NCBI GenBank assembly: GCA_000503875.1 | Contig: CP006913.1 | Coordinates: 420,001 to 452,000, forward strand | Source of the DNA: Candidatus Saccharimonadota bacterium | GTDB taxonomy: Bacteria; Patescibacteriota; Gracilibacteria; Absconditabacterales; Absconditicoccaceae | Direction: 5' to 3' | DNA: 32,000 nt | Shown here: positions 1 through 9,958 of the stretch, in pieces | Numbering within the stretch: position 1 is the first letter of the stretch | Layout: the number at the start of each line of letters is the position of its first letter | The notes under the pieces: generated by a model | Seen by the model: the letters and a program-made list of their open reading frames with translations, nothing else | Database searches by the model: none | Told to the model about the DNA's origin: nothing | Program-made: the position numbers and the translations under genes

Positions 1-445
1 AAATTTACCATCTGAAGATAATTTTACTTCTATAGCTTTGATATTTCCAGCACCTGCTTCGAGTACTTTATATACTTTACCACCATCCTTTATAATAGTT
101 CAAGATTCAAGTTGATTCAATGCTGTTAAGTCTTTACTAGAATAATTTTCAGATATATTTTTACCAGGTTGTTTTTTAACTGTAGCCTTAACTTCTTTAG
201 GAGTTAAGATTTTTGGTGTTCTTCCAGGACCAATCATATCTATTGATCTAAAATCTTGCGGTTTAGCGCCAGGAATTTCAATAAATTTCCCATCTGAAGA
301 TATTTTCATTTCTATAGCTTTTATATTTCCAGGACTTGTTTCAATTACTTTAAGTATTTTACCATCATTTTTTATAATGGTTCATGATTCAAGTTGGTTC
401 ATTGCCGTTAAATCTTTACTAGAATATTTTTCAGATATATTTGTT
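1..445 (-). repeat. In-frame tandem repeat with a 282-nt (94-codon) period, in the C-terminal part of the large protein
   Basis: Positions 1-163 align with 283-445 (aaatttaccatctgaagata... versus aaatttcccatctgaagata...). The protein units are ISE(K/N)YSSKDLTA(M/L)NQLES-G-TIIK..GK..KV.E...GNIKAIE.K.SSDGKF, where the G is a TGA codon. More copies may lie beyond the window edge. Confidence 0.85.
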
Positions 446-2937
446 TCCTTTCAACTCTTATCTTTTCCAGAATTTTCTCCTTTTTCTTTTCAATTTTCTT
501 TAATTTTGTTTTTTCCTCCATCAACGAGTTCAATAGTTTTACCTCTTTTTTTGAAAGTTACTTTTTTAGGTAATTTACCGGCACCTTCTGCCATTCTAGA
601 TAATAGACATGCTTGAATAAATTCTTCCCATGTAGGATTCCATGCTTCTCAATTGAAACCACTAAATACAAATTCAAGTCATTGACTCGTTCCAGTTAAC
701 ATTCAACCTTGTACCAAGATTTTTCCAAAATTTTGTAAGATATCTTTACCTACAAGTGCTTTTGGTGCTCATATCCTTAATCCATTGGTATTAATAACAG
801 TATTTGCATTTCATTCTGATAAATTAATTTTTTGACCAAGCTTTGTATTTGCAAGTTTAGAAAAAGCTGTTCAAAGTCATTTAAGAACTCAAACAAATGC
901 AGCAGATTTTGCCATTTCTTTTCGATCTCATACATTCTCAAAAAGAGATCTATCTGGAAGTATAACGTTTGTTGCAATATTAGATCCTTGATAAAAAGCT
1001 ACTCATTCTATACCTGTTTTTAATCACCATTTAGTTAATTTTGCAGTTTTATATGCTGCTTTGGCAAGTTTTCAACCCTTAGATAAATTATTTACTCAAG
1101 AAACTATTCAAGTTCCTCGTTTAGTAGCTTTTATGGCTGTAGATCCATATTTCACAGCAGCTAGAGCAACTCTAGCAGCAATAGCTCAAGCTCCCATAGT
1201 AACAGCAGCTAATGCTATTGTTTGTCATGCTTCTATAGCATAATCTAAATTATTATCTGAAATATCCCATGTACCTACACCCAATATATCTTTCATCATA
1301 GCAAGATCTTTATCTTTTGATAAATCTTGATTTGCATCAAACATAGTCTGGATTTTACCTTCTATCATAAGTTCTTGTAACAAAAGTAGTGTAGATGTAT
1401 TTGTAGATTCTTTTATCATAAAATCAGTAGCTTTTGTTAGATAATCATCCCAATTATAAGCTTTACCTCTAGGGATTATCTTTTCTCAATTATTATTTGC
1501 TTTTTCTTCACTTTCATTTTGTTCATTCCATGATTTTAAAAGAAGCGCTTTGTCTTCTTCATTTGTGGCTTGACTTTCGATACTAGCTTTAAATTGTTTT
1601 TGATTAGAATCTTTATTATTTTTATCTTTGATTTTAATATATTCTTCAATTATTTCTTTTGAAATTGCTTTTGAATCTTTTTCATTAATTCATAAATCTA
1701 TTAAAATTTTAGATATTTTATCTTTTTCTCCTTTGGTAATTATATCAATTGTTTCTGGGTTTTGAAAAATTTTATTTATTTCATCAAAATCACTTCTTTC
1801 GAGAATTCTTTCCATAAGTTTTGATTTAACCGCATCTGAATTTCCTCCTCAATCTCATCCAACAGAATCCAACATTGCATCTCCAAATTTTCTTCTATTT
1901 ATATCCAACATATCTAATTCTAATTCTTTATATTTTGTTGAATCAAAATTGGTAAATAATTTTTTTGTTTTTTCTAAATCATCTTGTCAAAGGACAGTTT
2001 CAATACCTTTTTCTATATAATTCATTTTAGCAAATATTATATCATATACATAATCAAAGCTATTGATCTTTCAACTATTGGCTTTTTCTATAAAATCTGT
2101 AATTTCTTTGTCCATATTAGTTATTTGTGATTTTATAGCAGCTCATTCATCACTTCCTCGTGAAGAATTTAACTTGTTACGAGAATTAGCTACTTTCAGT
2201 GCTCAATCTTTATAGATTTCATAAAATTCCAAGAAAAGATTAAGTTTTTGAAAATGAGGCGGTAATTCTTTATCTCATCATTCTACAGTATATCAATTTT
2301 TCTCTATAAGATGTGGTTTGTATTTACCATCTTTACCTGGTAAATATACAGTACCATCTTCTTTAATATATCATACAACGTCTGTCTTTATTTGAGGCAT
2401 TTCCTCTTTAAATATAGCCAACCACAAAGCGTTATAAGTATGGGGACCAAGAAATCCGTCAATGAAAAGTCTTTTATTCTGATCGCCTGCTTTGTATCAA
2501 TATTTATCCGCATTATAAGGTATTGTAGCATGTTGTCATTGTAAATCATTTAATCCATTTACATAAATTTGAAGAGCCATAACGATATCACTATTATTTC
2601 AACAAATAGTTTGTAGCTCGTTAGCTACTTCTTGCACAAATATATTTGCAGCTTCCACTGTTTTAGATTCTTCTGATTTTTTATCTCGTTTAGCTCTTAT
2701 ATCTACAAGTTTTCCTTTGACATCATTTTCAAGAAAATCCCTTAGTGTTTGATTGTTTTTTTCAGGAAGTGTTTGATTCCCAAGAGTATTAATATTATCT
2801 TTTAAAGGATCTTTTTGGTCTTTCAATGTATCTAATTGTCAACCCAAACTTTTTAATGCAGTTTTTTCTCCATCTTCCCACTTACAATTAAGTTTGTTGT
2901 CAGTTGCTTCTTTAATTTCTTTAGTTAAATCTGTCAT
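1..2937 (-). CDS. Large hypothetical surface/membrane protein (at least 979 aa; 3' end runs off the left edge of the window). It has a peptidoglycan-binding-like motif, a Gly-rich hydrophobic core and C-terminal 94-aa tandem repeats
   Basis: ATG at 2937. The whole stretch to position 1 is a single frame interrupted only by about 35 TGA codons, each checked by hand; there is no TAA or TAG. ORF-track pieces 100..309, 1225..1419 and 2599..2826 all lie in this frame. The motif LFIDGFLGPHTYNALWLAI (about 2414-2471) resembles the PG_binding_1 consensus DGxFGxxTxxAl. A hydrophobic, Gly/Ala-rich segment spans about 590-1230. No family is recognised for the remainder. Confidence 0.75.
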
Positions 2938-2967
2938 TTTAAAAATATAATAAATAAAATATAAATG

Positions 2968-3312
2968 TTACATATTCAAATCTTGAAAAGTCTTTTCTAT
3001 AGCATCAAGATCATCTTTATCCATTTTTTGTGCAACTTCTTTAGTAAGAGCTTGTTTAAATAAAGTTAAATCATTTTTAAATTGTTCCAAAGAATCTCCC
3101 TGTAGACTTTCTAAATTTTTCATAATCATGGTATAATACATATCTAATGTGTCTTCCGCTATATTATTTCCCACTGTGGCAAGTTGAATAGAGATATCTC
3201 AATACATAGGAAGAGCATTTTGTACGATAGTAAGTACTGCTTTTAACTTAACTACCTTCTCTGGTTGTGATAATCATATAAATTTTTGTATCGCTGATTT
3301 GGTATCAAACAT
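2968..3312 (-). CDS. Small (114 aa) hypothetical protein with helix-like composition, immediately upstream of the giant ORF
   Basis: ATG at 3312 and TAA at 2968-2970. Two in-frame TGA join the N-terminus to ORF-track piece 2968..3174. It is on the same strand as the giant ORF, 30 nt upstream of its ATG, so they are probably co-transcribed. Confidence 0.65.
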
Positions 3313-3450
3313 GGATAACGAATACGAATTAAAATCTTTCTTCAATTATATTTCAATTAGCTCCAATTTACAAATATCTCATTGAAAATGCCAAATAACT
3401 ACATAGACAAAAATATAAAAAATGATATAATAATTGAATACAATAAAAAT

Positions 3451-3479
3451 TTGCGTTTTTTTCTATTTTCCTATATAAT
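3451..3479 (+). promoter_or_regulatory. Sigma70-like promoter for the K+ channel gene
   Basis: TTGCGT (3451-3456), a 17-nt spacer, then TATAAT (3474-3479), about 34 nt upstream of the ATG at 3513. Confidence 0.5.
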
Positions 3480-3512
3480 CTAGTATATTACATTTATTTC
3501 AAAAAAATATAT

Positions 3513-4013
3513 ATGCAATTTAAGGACATCGGAAAACTATTTACCAAAAATTTACTTATTACAGAGCTACTTTTAGTTTGACTTATTATCGTATTGGGAG
3601 CTTTTACCTTCCACTTTATAGAATGATGGAGAATTATAGATTCTTTCTATTTTATTATTAGTACGATGAGTACCGTATGATTTTGAGACTTTACACCAAA
3701 AACAGATATAGGTAAATATTTCTTTATGTTTTATGCACTCATAGGTGTACCATTCTTTGTATCTATTGGTGGATTATTTCTAGAAACAAGATTTAAGAAA
3801 ACAATTGAACATTATCTCAAAAGGGTATATAAAGAACTTAGAGAAGCAGAAGAAGAAATTCAAATAGTAGAGGAAACTGTATTAAGAAGATTTAAAAAAC
3901 CCCTCGAAGACGAGAGAAAAGAAAAAGAAATTGAAAATTTAGCAAAAAATAATATAGCTGAAACACCAATAATTGAAAAACAATCTCGATGGAAAAAAAT
4001 ATTTAAAAGATAA
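3513..4013 (+). CDS. Small two-TM potassium channel (KcsA/Ion_trans_2-like pore) with a charged C-terminal tail
   Basis: Table-25 translation gives ...IISTMSTVGFGDFTPKT..., the canonical K+ selectivity filter T-V-G-F-G-D. Both filter glycines are TGA (3678-3680 and 3684-3686). TM segments flank the pore. ORF-track piece 3726..4013 is only the C-terminal part. TAA stop. Confidence 0.9.
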
Positions 4014-4026
4014 AAACAAAAAAAAG

Positions 4027-4049
4027 ACCCGGAAAATATCCGGGTTTTT
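4027..4049. terminator. Bidirectional rho-independent terminator
   Basis: Stem acccgg (4027-4032) pairs with ccgggt (4040-4045) around a 7-nt loop. A T-run follows and an A-run precedes. It sits between two convergent genes. Confidence 0.8.
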
Positions 4050-4069
4050 AAATAATTAGAGTAAGTTTA

Positions 4070-4222
4070 TTACCAATTTTGATCAAAGAGTTGCTCATTA
4101 ATATCCTTCATTGTAAAATCCAATGATGTTGATGAGATTGGTTTAAGAGCTCTATTAAGCCAAAGCCTAAAAGCAAAAAAAACTGCAGCAACTATAGCTA
4201 CAATAATGAGAAAATTTGTCAT
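4070..4222 (-). CDS. Putative 50-aa single-TM membrane protein
   Basis: ATG at 4222 and TAA at 4070-4072. Product MTNFLIIVAIVAAVFFAFRLWLNRALKPISSTSLDFTMKDINEQLFDQNW has a clear N-terminal TM helix. It is below the ORF-track length cutoff and ends at the bidirectional terminator. Confidence 0.4.
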   Translation of the reverse strand: MTNFLIIVAIVAAVFFAFRLWLNRALKPISSTSLDFTMKDINEQLFDQNW

Positions 4223-4284
4223 AACGTTATTTTTTTAGATTTTTTTACAAAAAAAATATACATATTTCCTCCCAATAATCAATA

Positions 4285-4755
4285 TTATTTAATCTTATTT
4301 GCTATATAGGCCATAGCTAATGCATCTGCAGCATCGTTATATTCAGGCATTTCTTGTAATCCAAAAATTTTCATAACCATTTTTTGTACGAGATGTTTTT
4401 CAGCTTTACCAGTTCCTGTAATATATTTTTTGACTTCAATGGGAGTAAGTTCTTTGATTTTAATATTATGTTTCAGAAATAGCATCATCAAAGTACCTCT
4501 CAAACCATAGACAAACTCTGCGTTATTTTGATTGAATTTTGTAAAAAATAATTTTTCCATACACATAGTCTGAATTTTATGTTTTTTAATTAATTTTTCA
4601 AAGAAATCATAAATCTGAATTATTCTGGTGAATTGATCTTCTCTTGTAGGGGATTTTTGATCTTGGAGCAAAATCCCTGCATCTACGATAGTATTATCGG
4701 GTTTTATTAGTGCATATCAAAGTTTTCTTACGCCTGGATCAATACCTAAAATCAT
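4285..4755 (-). CDS. ruvC: Crossover junction endodeoxyribonuclease RuvC
   Basis: N-terminus MILGIDPGVRKL-G-YALI (G is TGA) matches the RuvC MIILGIDPG...GYG start. The C-terminal DAADALAMA motif is present. 156 aa, TAA stop. Confidence 0.9.
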
Positions 4756-5522
4756 ATATCTTCAGTAATTCCAGATAAAATTTCATATCAATCTTCCGTT
4801 ACGAGAATTGTATATTCCCATTGGGCCCCTAAATCACCATTTTTACAATAGAGATTCCAGTCATTTTCTTTTTTCATAAAAAAATCTTTTGAACTAACTG
4901 CAGTGATTGGTTCCAAAGCAAGTACCATTCCAGCTTCCAAAAATGTTGTTTTCATAGAAGGATGTGGAATATTGTATACATGTGGATCTTCATGAACTTT
5001 ATTTCCTACACCATGTCATGTGAGCTTTTCTATTACAGAAAATCCTGCATTGGTAATAGAGGAGTGAATATGATGAGAAAAGCCAAATAAAGGGCGATCA
5101 GCAGCGATATATTCAAGTCATGTATCAAGAGATTTTTTGGTGGCAACGACAAGATTATATGCCAATGGATTTGCTAATTCACCACCAACAACTACGCTAA
5201 TGGCAGAGTCAGTGATTCCTCCTTTGTAAGTGATTCCACAATCTATTTTGAGAAGATCTCCATTTTTGAGTATATAATCATCGGGAATACCGTGAACCAC
5301 ACAGTCATTGACTGATAAACAAAGATTTGCAGGGAATCCATGATAATTTTTGAAAGCTCATTTGAGATTGTTCTTTTTGATATAATCTTCTGCTATAAAT
5401 TCTAGTTCAATCAAGGCTACACCAACTTGTGTCGCATGATAAAGTTTGTATAAAAGTTCTGTAAGATATTTTCCAGATTCTCTAATATTGGAAATTTGTT
5501 GTGATGTTTTGATAATGTTCAT
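4746..5522 (-). CDS. map: Type I methionine aminopeptidase
   Basis: Pieces 5118..5300 and the C-terminal part of 5358..5729 share a frame and are joined by TGA. Motifs: FKNYHGFP, VVHGIP, LKIDCG, LT-G-HGVG (G is TGA), ALEP. The TAG stop at 4746-4748 overlaps the ruvC start by 10 nt. Confidence 0.9.
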
Positions 5523-5654
5523 GAAAATAATCCGCAAATAAAATGTTTCGTTGAATATAACGAAGTAAAGAAAAAAAGCAAAACGAAAATGAATTGAAAT
5601 TGAATTATAAAAAGATACAATACACTTCGTTATGTTTAGATAATAAATAAAAAT

Positions 5655-6017
5655 ATGAAGAAGATAGTAGGTATTATAGCTACGATTATAGGATTTTTCT
5701 CTTTTGCTGTGGCAAATACTCCAGAACAAGAAGAAGGCTTATTGGTACATGAAGAAGAAATGACCATAGAATTAGATAATAAGGAACTACCAATAATAAC
5801 AACCCAAGAACAAAGGGAAATCCGATGTCAACAAAAACAAATAATTAAAAATCATATCTTGGGGTTATACAAAGAACTCAAGGATGAAAACAATAAAGAT
5901 TCAAAAAAAGAAATAAGACATCAAATTAGTGAATTAAAAAAACAATTACGAACTATTAATTCAAAAATTGCTTATAGTTACAAAAAGCAATTCAAAAAGT
6001 TTTTCTGATTGAAATAA
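5655..6017 (+). CDS. Secreted hypothetical protein (signal peptide plus charged, possibly coiled-coil region)
   Basis: Signal-peptide-like MKKIVGIIATIIGFFSFAVA, followed by a K/E/Q-rich sequence. The standard-code stop at 6006-6008 is TGA; the real stop is TAA at 6015-6017. Confidence 0.65.
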
Positions 6018-6056
6018 TAACCACATGTTTTGGATTTATTTCTTAAATATCTTCAC

Positions 6057-7052
6057 ATGAAACACCCTGAATTTCAGTATCTTGATCTCCTTCAGGATAT
6101 TTTGGACAATGGATCAAACAAAAAACTATTTCTTACGCCAGAAGTGTTAGCGGAGTATGCAAAAGATGGTAAAGAGCCACCGTTTATTCGTTCATTATTT
6201 GGACGTCAGATTAGATTTGATCTCAGCAAGGGGTTTCCTTTGTTAACTACAAAAAAAGTCTTTTTTAGAGGAATCTTACACGAACTTATATGGTTTCTTA
6301 AAGGTGATTCCAATGTAAAATATCTTGTAGATAATGACGTACATATTTGGGATGAATGGGCATGGAAAAGATATCATAAATATTGTTTAGAAAAAGATCC
6401 AACAAATGATTTAAGTCAGGAGGATTTTATCGCAAAAATCAAAGCAGAAGACAAAGATAGTGAATTTGTACAAAAACGAGGAGATTTAATTACCATTTAC
6501 GGAAGAATGCGAAGAAGATGGCCAGCTTCAGATGGTCGTGAAATTGATCAATTAGGGTGGGTTATTCAAGGACTCAAAGAAAAACCATTTAGAAAATCTT
6601 ATGTAATATCTGCATGGAATCCAGATTTTATCTATGCTATGGCATCAGAAAAAAACAAGAGTGAAGTTCCTCCATTTTGTCATACAACATTCCAATTTGC
6701 CGTTACTGAAGACAATAAATTAAATCTGGGATTATATCAAAGAAGTGCTGATTCTTTTCTCGGAGTACCGTTTAATATAGCAAGTTATGCTTTATTATTA
6801 CTTATGGTAGCTCAAGTAACAGGATTACAACCAGGAGAATTTGTACATACATTTGGAGATGTTCATATTTATTCTGATCATTTTGATGCAGTACATACAC
6901 AACTTTCAAGAGAACCAAAACCATTTCCAACGATCAAATTAAATCCAGATATCAAAAATATAGATGATTTCAAATTTGAAGATATTGTCTTAGAAAATTA
7001 TGATTCACATCCTGCAATCAAAGCTCCAATAACTAATGTAGGAGGGTTTTAA
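6057..7052 (+). CDS. thyA: Thymidylate synthase (ThyA), long form with an insertion
   Basis: MKHPEFQYLDLLQDIL..., RSLFGRQIRFDL, ELIWFLKGDSN, ISAWNP, PPFCHTTFQF, YQRSADSFLGVPFNIASYALL and HTFGDVHIY are all classical ThyA blocks. I prefer the ATG at 6057 to the TTG at 6030 used by the ORF track. There is no in-frame TGA. Confidence 0.93.
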   Translation: MKHPEFQYLDLLQDILDNGSNKKLFLTPEVLAEYAKDGKEPPFIRSLFGRQIRFDLSKGFPLLTTKKVFFRGILHELIWFLKGDSNVKYLVDNDVHIWDEWAWKRYHKYCLEKDPTNDLSQEDFIAKIKAEDKDSEFVQKRGDLITIYGRMRRRWPASDGREIDQLGWVIQGLKEKPFRKSYVISAWNPDFIYAMASEKNKSEVPPFCHTTFQFAVTEDNKLNLGLYQRSADSFLGVPFNIASYALLLLMVAQVTGLQPGEFVHTFGDVHIYSDHFDAVHTQLSREPKPFPTIKLNPDIKNIDDFKFEDIVLENYDSHPAIKAPITNVGGF

Positions 7053-7070
7053 TCAATTACTTATAAACGT

Positions 7071-7748
7071 ATGCATACATTTGAAATTGAAATCAAAGTT
7101 CTTCTTGGAAGCCAAGAAAAAGCATCAGAACTTGTTAAAAAATTATACGAAAACGATTCAGAAACAAATATAATAGGTGAAAATAGTCAGCTTAATCATT
7201 ATTTTCTTGTTCAAGGAGATTTTGAAAAATTATATCAAGCAGTACAACAATATATAGCTCCAGAACATCATGATAAATTGCATCAAGTTATCATCGAAGG
7301 AAAAGGTCATTCTATTCGTACGAGAGAAGTTGATGGAAAAGTATTATTTATTGTCAAAGCATCAGTTGATGATACAACAAGTGCAAATGGGACAGCAAGA
7401 ATAGAATTTGAAGAAAAAATCAATCTTAGTTTACAAGAAGCAGATCAAATTCTTCTTGATAACGGATTTCCCTATCAATCAAAATGGTCAAGACAAAGAA
7501 AAGAATATAAATACAAAGACTACAATGTTTGTATTGATAAAAATGCAGGATATGGATATGTTGCAGAATTTGAAAAAATGATTACCGATAAAGATCAAGC
7601 AGAAAGTACAAAAGAAGCTATAAGAAAAGAACTTGCTTTATTGGGAATAGAGGAGTTGGATCAAGGTAGATTAGAAAGAATGTTTACTCATTATAATTCC
7701 CATCGACCAGAATATTATGGAACAGAAAAAACATTTATTATAGAATAA
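7071..7748 (+). CDS. CYTH-domain protein (CyaB/ThTPase-like triphosphate tunnel metalloenzyme)
   Basis: The N-terminal FEIEIKVLL carries the CYTH ExExK signature. Size (225 aa) and alternating charged beta-strand-like segments fit the family. It starts 19 nt after thyA, has no in-frame TGA and ends in TAA. Confidence 0.6.
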   Translation: MHTFEIEIKVLLGSQEKASELVKKLYENDSETNIIGENSQLNHYFLVQGDFEKLYQAVQQYIAPEHHDKLHQVIIEGKGHSIRTREVDGKVLFIVKASVDDTTSANGTARIEFEEKINLSLQEADQILLDNGFPYQSKWSRQRKEYKYKDYNVCIDKNAGYGYVAEFEKMITDKDQAESTKEAIRKELALLGIEELDQGRLERMFTHYNSHRPEYYGTEKTFIIE

Positions 7749-7761
7749 AAAAAAAGAAAAA

Positions 7762-7788
7762 CCGTGACATAAAATCACGGTTTTTTTT
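7762..7788. terminator. Bidirectional rho-independent terminator
   Basis: Stem ccgtga (7762-7767) pairs with tcacgg (7775-7780), followed by T8 and preceded by an A-run. It sits between convergent genes. Confidence 0.8.
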
Positions 7789-7803
7789 AGATTGAATTAT
7801 GAT

Positions 7804-8217
7804 TTAATCTGTTATACCACAGGCTAGTAATCTTCCCTCTTCATCTGTAAAGATTTTCAGCTTAGATTCTCTAAGACATCTATCCAATGTAGTATTAGGA
7901 TGTTTTAGAACAAATTCCTTTTCGATATTGTTTCTCTTATCTACAATGTAGATAGATCTACACATAAGAAATGTCTCGTCTGCAAATGGATCGGACATAA
8001 GAAAGATAAAAAAGTCTTCCGTAATATCTATTCCTGCTTTTTTGATAAAAGGAGTTTTTGTCTGATAATCTACATCTACTACACAACCAGAGATTGTATA
8101 AGATATATGGTTTTCTAACATACTAAGGATTTCTTGAAACAAAGAATCCTTAATTTCTTGGGCCTGTATTCCACTAAGGAAATACAAGAAGCTCAAAAAC
8201 AAAATAATTTTTTTCAT
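7804..8217 (-). CDS. Secreted hypothetical protein (137 aa)
   Basis: Uninterrupted ORF with ATG at 8217 and TAA stop. N-terminal signal peptide MKKIILFLSFLYFLSGIQAQ. No family recognised. Confidence 0.65.
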   Translation of the reverse strand: MKKIILFLSFLYFLSGIQAQEIKDSLFQEILSMLENHISYTISGCVVDVDYQTKTPFIKKAGIDITEDFFIFLMSDPFADETFLMCRSIYIVDKRNNIEKEFVLKHPNTTLDRCLRESKLKIFTDEEGRLLACGITD

Positions 8218-8305
8218 AAGGATAGTGTTTTTTTAGTTTTTTTTAGTTTTTTTTTTGTTGCGAACAACGGATTTTACGATAATGAAAATAGAAAGGAAGT
8301 CAATA

Positions 8306-9316
8306 CTAGTTGAAAATATATTTAAATTTTTTAATAATCATTTTGTCTGTCAATAAAATTCAAATTTCTCTATTATTATCCATACTATTGGCAGAAAAAT
8401 TTATACTTCAAAGATAAAGAATCTGATCATCTATCAACATCATTTTTGCATGAATATAGGGCTTTTTGATAAGTTTTACGATAGTTTTTCACCATTGTTG
8501 TTGGAGGGCTTTGTTCTTATCGGTATCTGGGAGCTGGACATGGATTTTTTCTGTTCAGAGAGTCGATATCTTCTCTCCCAGAAGTCAAAGGAGGCGAGGG
8601 TCTTCGATGTATTGATTTTGAATAAGAATTGATGATTTCGCCGACTCTATCAAATGCTCTAAAACTGACCTACAATTAATAGGACACACCAAAAGATTGG
8701 GATGAATATCGCTATAACGAATACTCTCACCTTTCCAATCTTTATCAAAAATAGTCGCTAAACTTTGATATACACCTGTATGCTGACTGTAGAAAAAATA
8801 TTCACGATTAGTAAAAAAAGAAGAATGCGTCAGATTTGCTGTTTGAATCAAAAATCCACTATCAATCAAAGCAAATTTACTGTGCACATACGTTGTTTTC
8901 ATTTGTTTATCGTTTTTTATTTCAAAATTATCATATCAACTAAATAGATTCTGAATTTCTTTGAAGGTATTTTTAAATTGTTGGTATTTTTTATCTTCCA
9001 TAACAAGCTTGATATCTATATTATTTTCTAGTAATTCTTTTAAAAGCGTTTTGAATCTTTTTTCGGTAAATTCATACGTTTGGATTGAAAGGCTGTTTTT
9101 TGCTTGTTGAAATATTCAAAGAGTTTGATCCATGCTTCATGGAGAAGAATAGATTATGCCAGAAATTATTTCAATTCAAGAAAGAGTATCAACAACAGAA
9201 AATAGTTCTGGTTTGCTTTTTTGTTCAAAAGAAATCACTCCAAAAATATTCCCTAAAAAAATTAGTGCAATAATTAATCCAATCCATAAAAAAACTATAC
9301 TTTGCTGTTTTTTCAT
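8306..9316 (-). CDS. Membrane-anchored phospholipase D superfamily protein with two HKD motifs
   Basis: Pieces 9176..9382 and 8585..8902 and the downstream sequence are one frame joined by TGA. The first HKD, HSKFALIDSGFLIQTANLT, has a degenerate GSxN tail. The second, HAKMMLIDDQILYL-G-SINFS, is canonical and its G is TGA. N-terminal TM anchor MKKQQSIVFLWIGLIIALIFLG. I prefer the ATG at 9316 to the TTG at 9382. TAG stop at 8306-8308. Confidence 0.8.
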
Positions 9317-9381
9317 TATTTGACAAATCACAAAAAAAAGATAAAATATCAACAAGGCAATTTTACATTTTTTATAAAACA

Positions 9382-9957
9382 ATGTCTAGTGAAAATATAA
9401 AAAATATGATAACCAATGATATAAAAGGAAAAGAATCTTTTATTATACAAAGGCCATCAGAACAAACAATATCATATCTTAATGTAGTAAACGCTCATAT
9501 AAGAGATGATATTTTTTCCCAAGAAAATTATGATAAAATCACAAAAGATCCGCTATTTACCAAAATAGTTTTTGCTTTAGATGATTCGATTCAAAGATAT
9601 AGTGAAACCTATGATTATCTTAAAGAATTTTCTCAATCAATAAAAGAAATGGTTGGTACAACTTCATTACTAGAAACAGCTGGTTTTAATAAAATAAATA
9701 AAGAATTTATTTTGAAATTATATCATTATTATCTCAATAAATATAAGCAAGGATGACTTCAGAGCCAAACTATACAAGAAAAACAGTGAGCAAAAAATGT
9801 ATATTTGGGATGAGATATGACAAGAGTTCTTGATAAACCTATTACTAATGACAAAAAATCATTGATTTTAACAATTATTCTCTATGCTATTATGTATGAA
9901 GAATGTTCTCAAAAAGATAATATATGAAAAGGAAAAAAAGATTATTTATTAGACTAA
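9382..9957 (+). CDS. Hypothetical protein (191 aa)
   Basis: ATG at 9382. ORF-track piece 9382..9756 continues through 4 TGA to TAA at 9955-9957. It is divergent from the PLD gene. No family recognised. Confidence 0.6.
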
Positions 9958-9958
9958 T

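Noticed and set aside
5358-5729. ORF-track entry 5358..5729 as a 123-aa protein.
   Set aside because: Only its C-terminal part, from the ATG at 5522 (MNIIKTSQQ...), is real; it is the N-terminus of methionine aminopeptidase. The upstream part is low-complexity intergenic sequence that overlaps the divergent 5655 gene.
6030-6056. The TTG start at 6030 for thyA, as in the ORF track.
   Set aside because: The ATG at 6057 gives MKHPEFQYLDLL, matching the usual ThyA N-terminus (M..YL.LL). The extra 9 residues have no homolog support.
8227-8258. The T-rich tandem (gttttttttag x2 followed by T10) as a meaningful repeat or CRISPR-like element.
   Set aside because: It is a short low-complexity poly-T tract in the spacer between the PLD stop and the 7804 gene start, most simply part of a terminator or UP-element region. 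There is no repeat-spacer architecture anywhere in the window.
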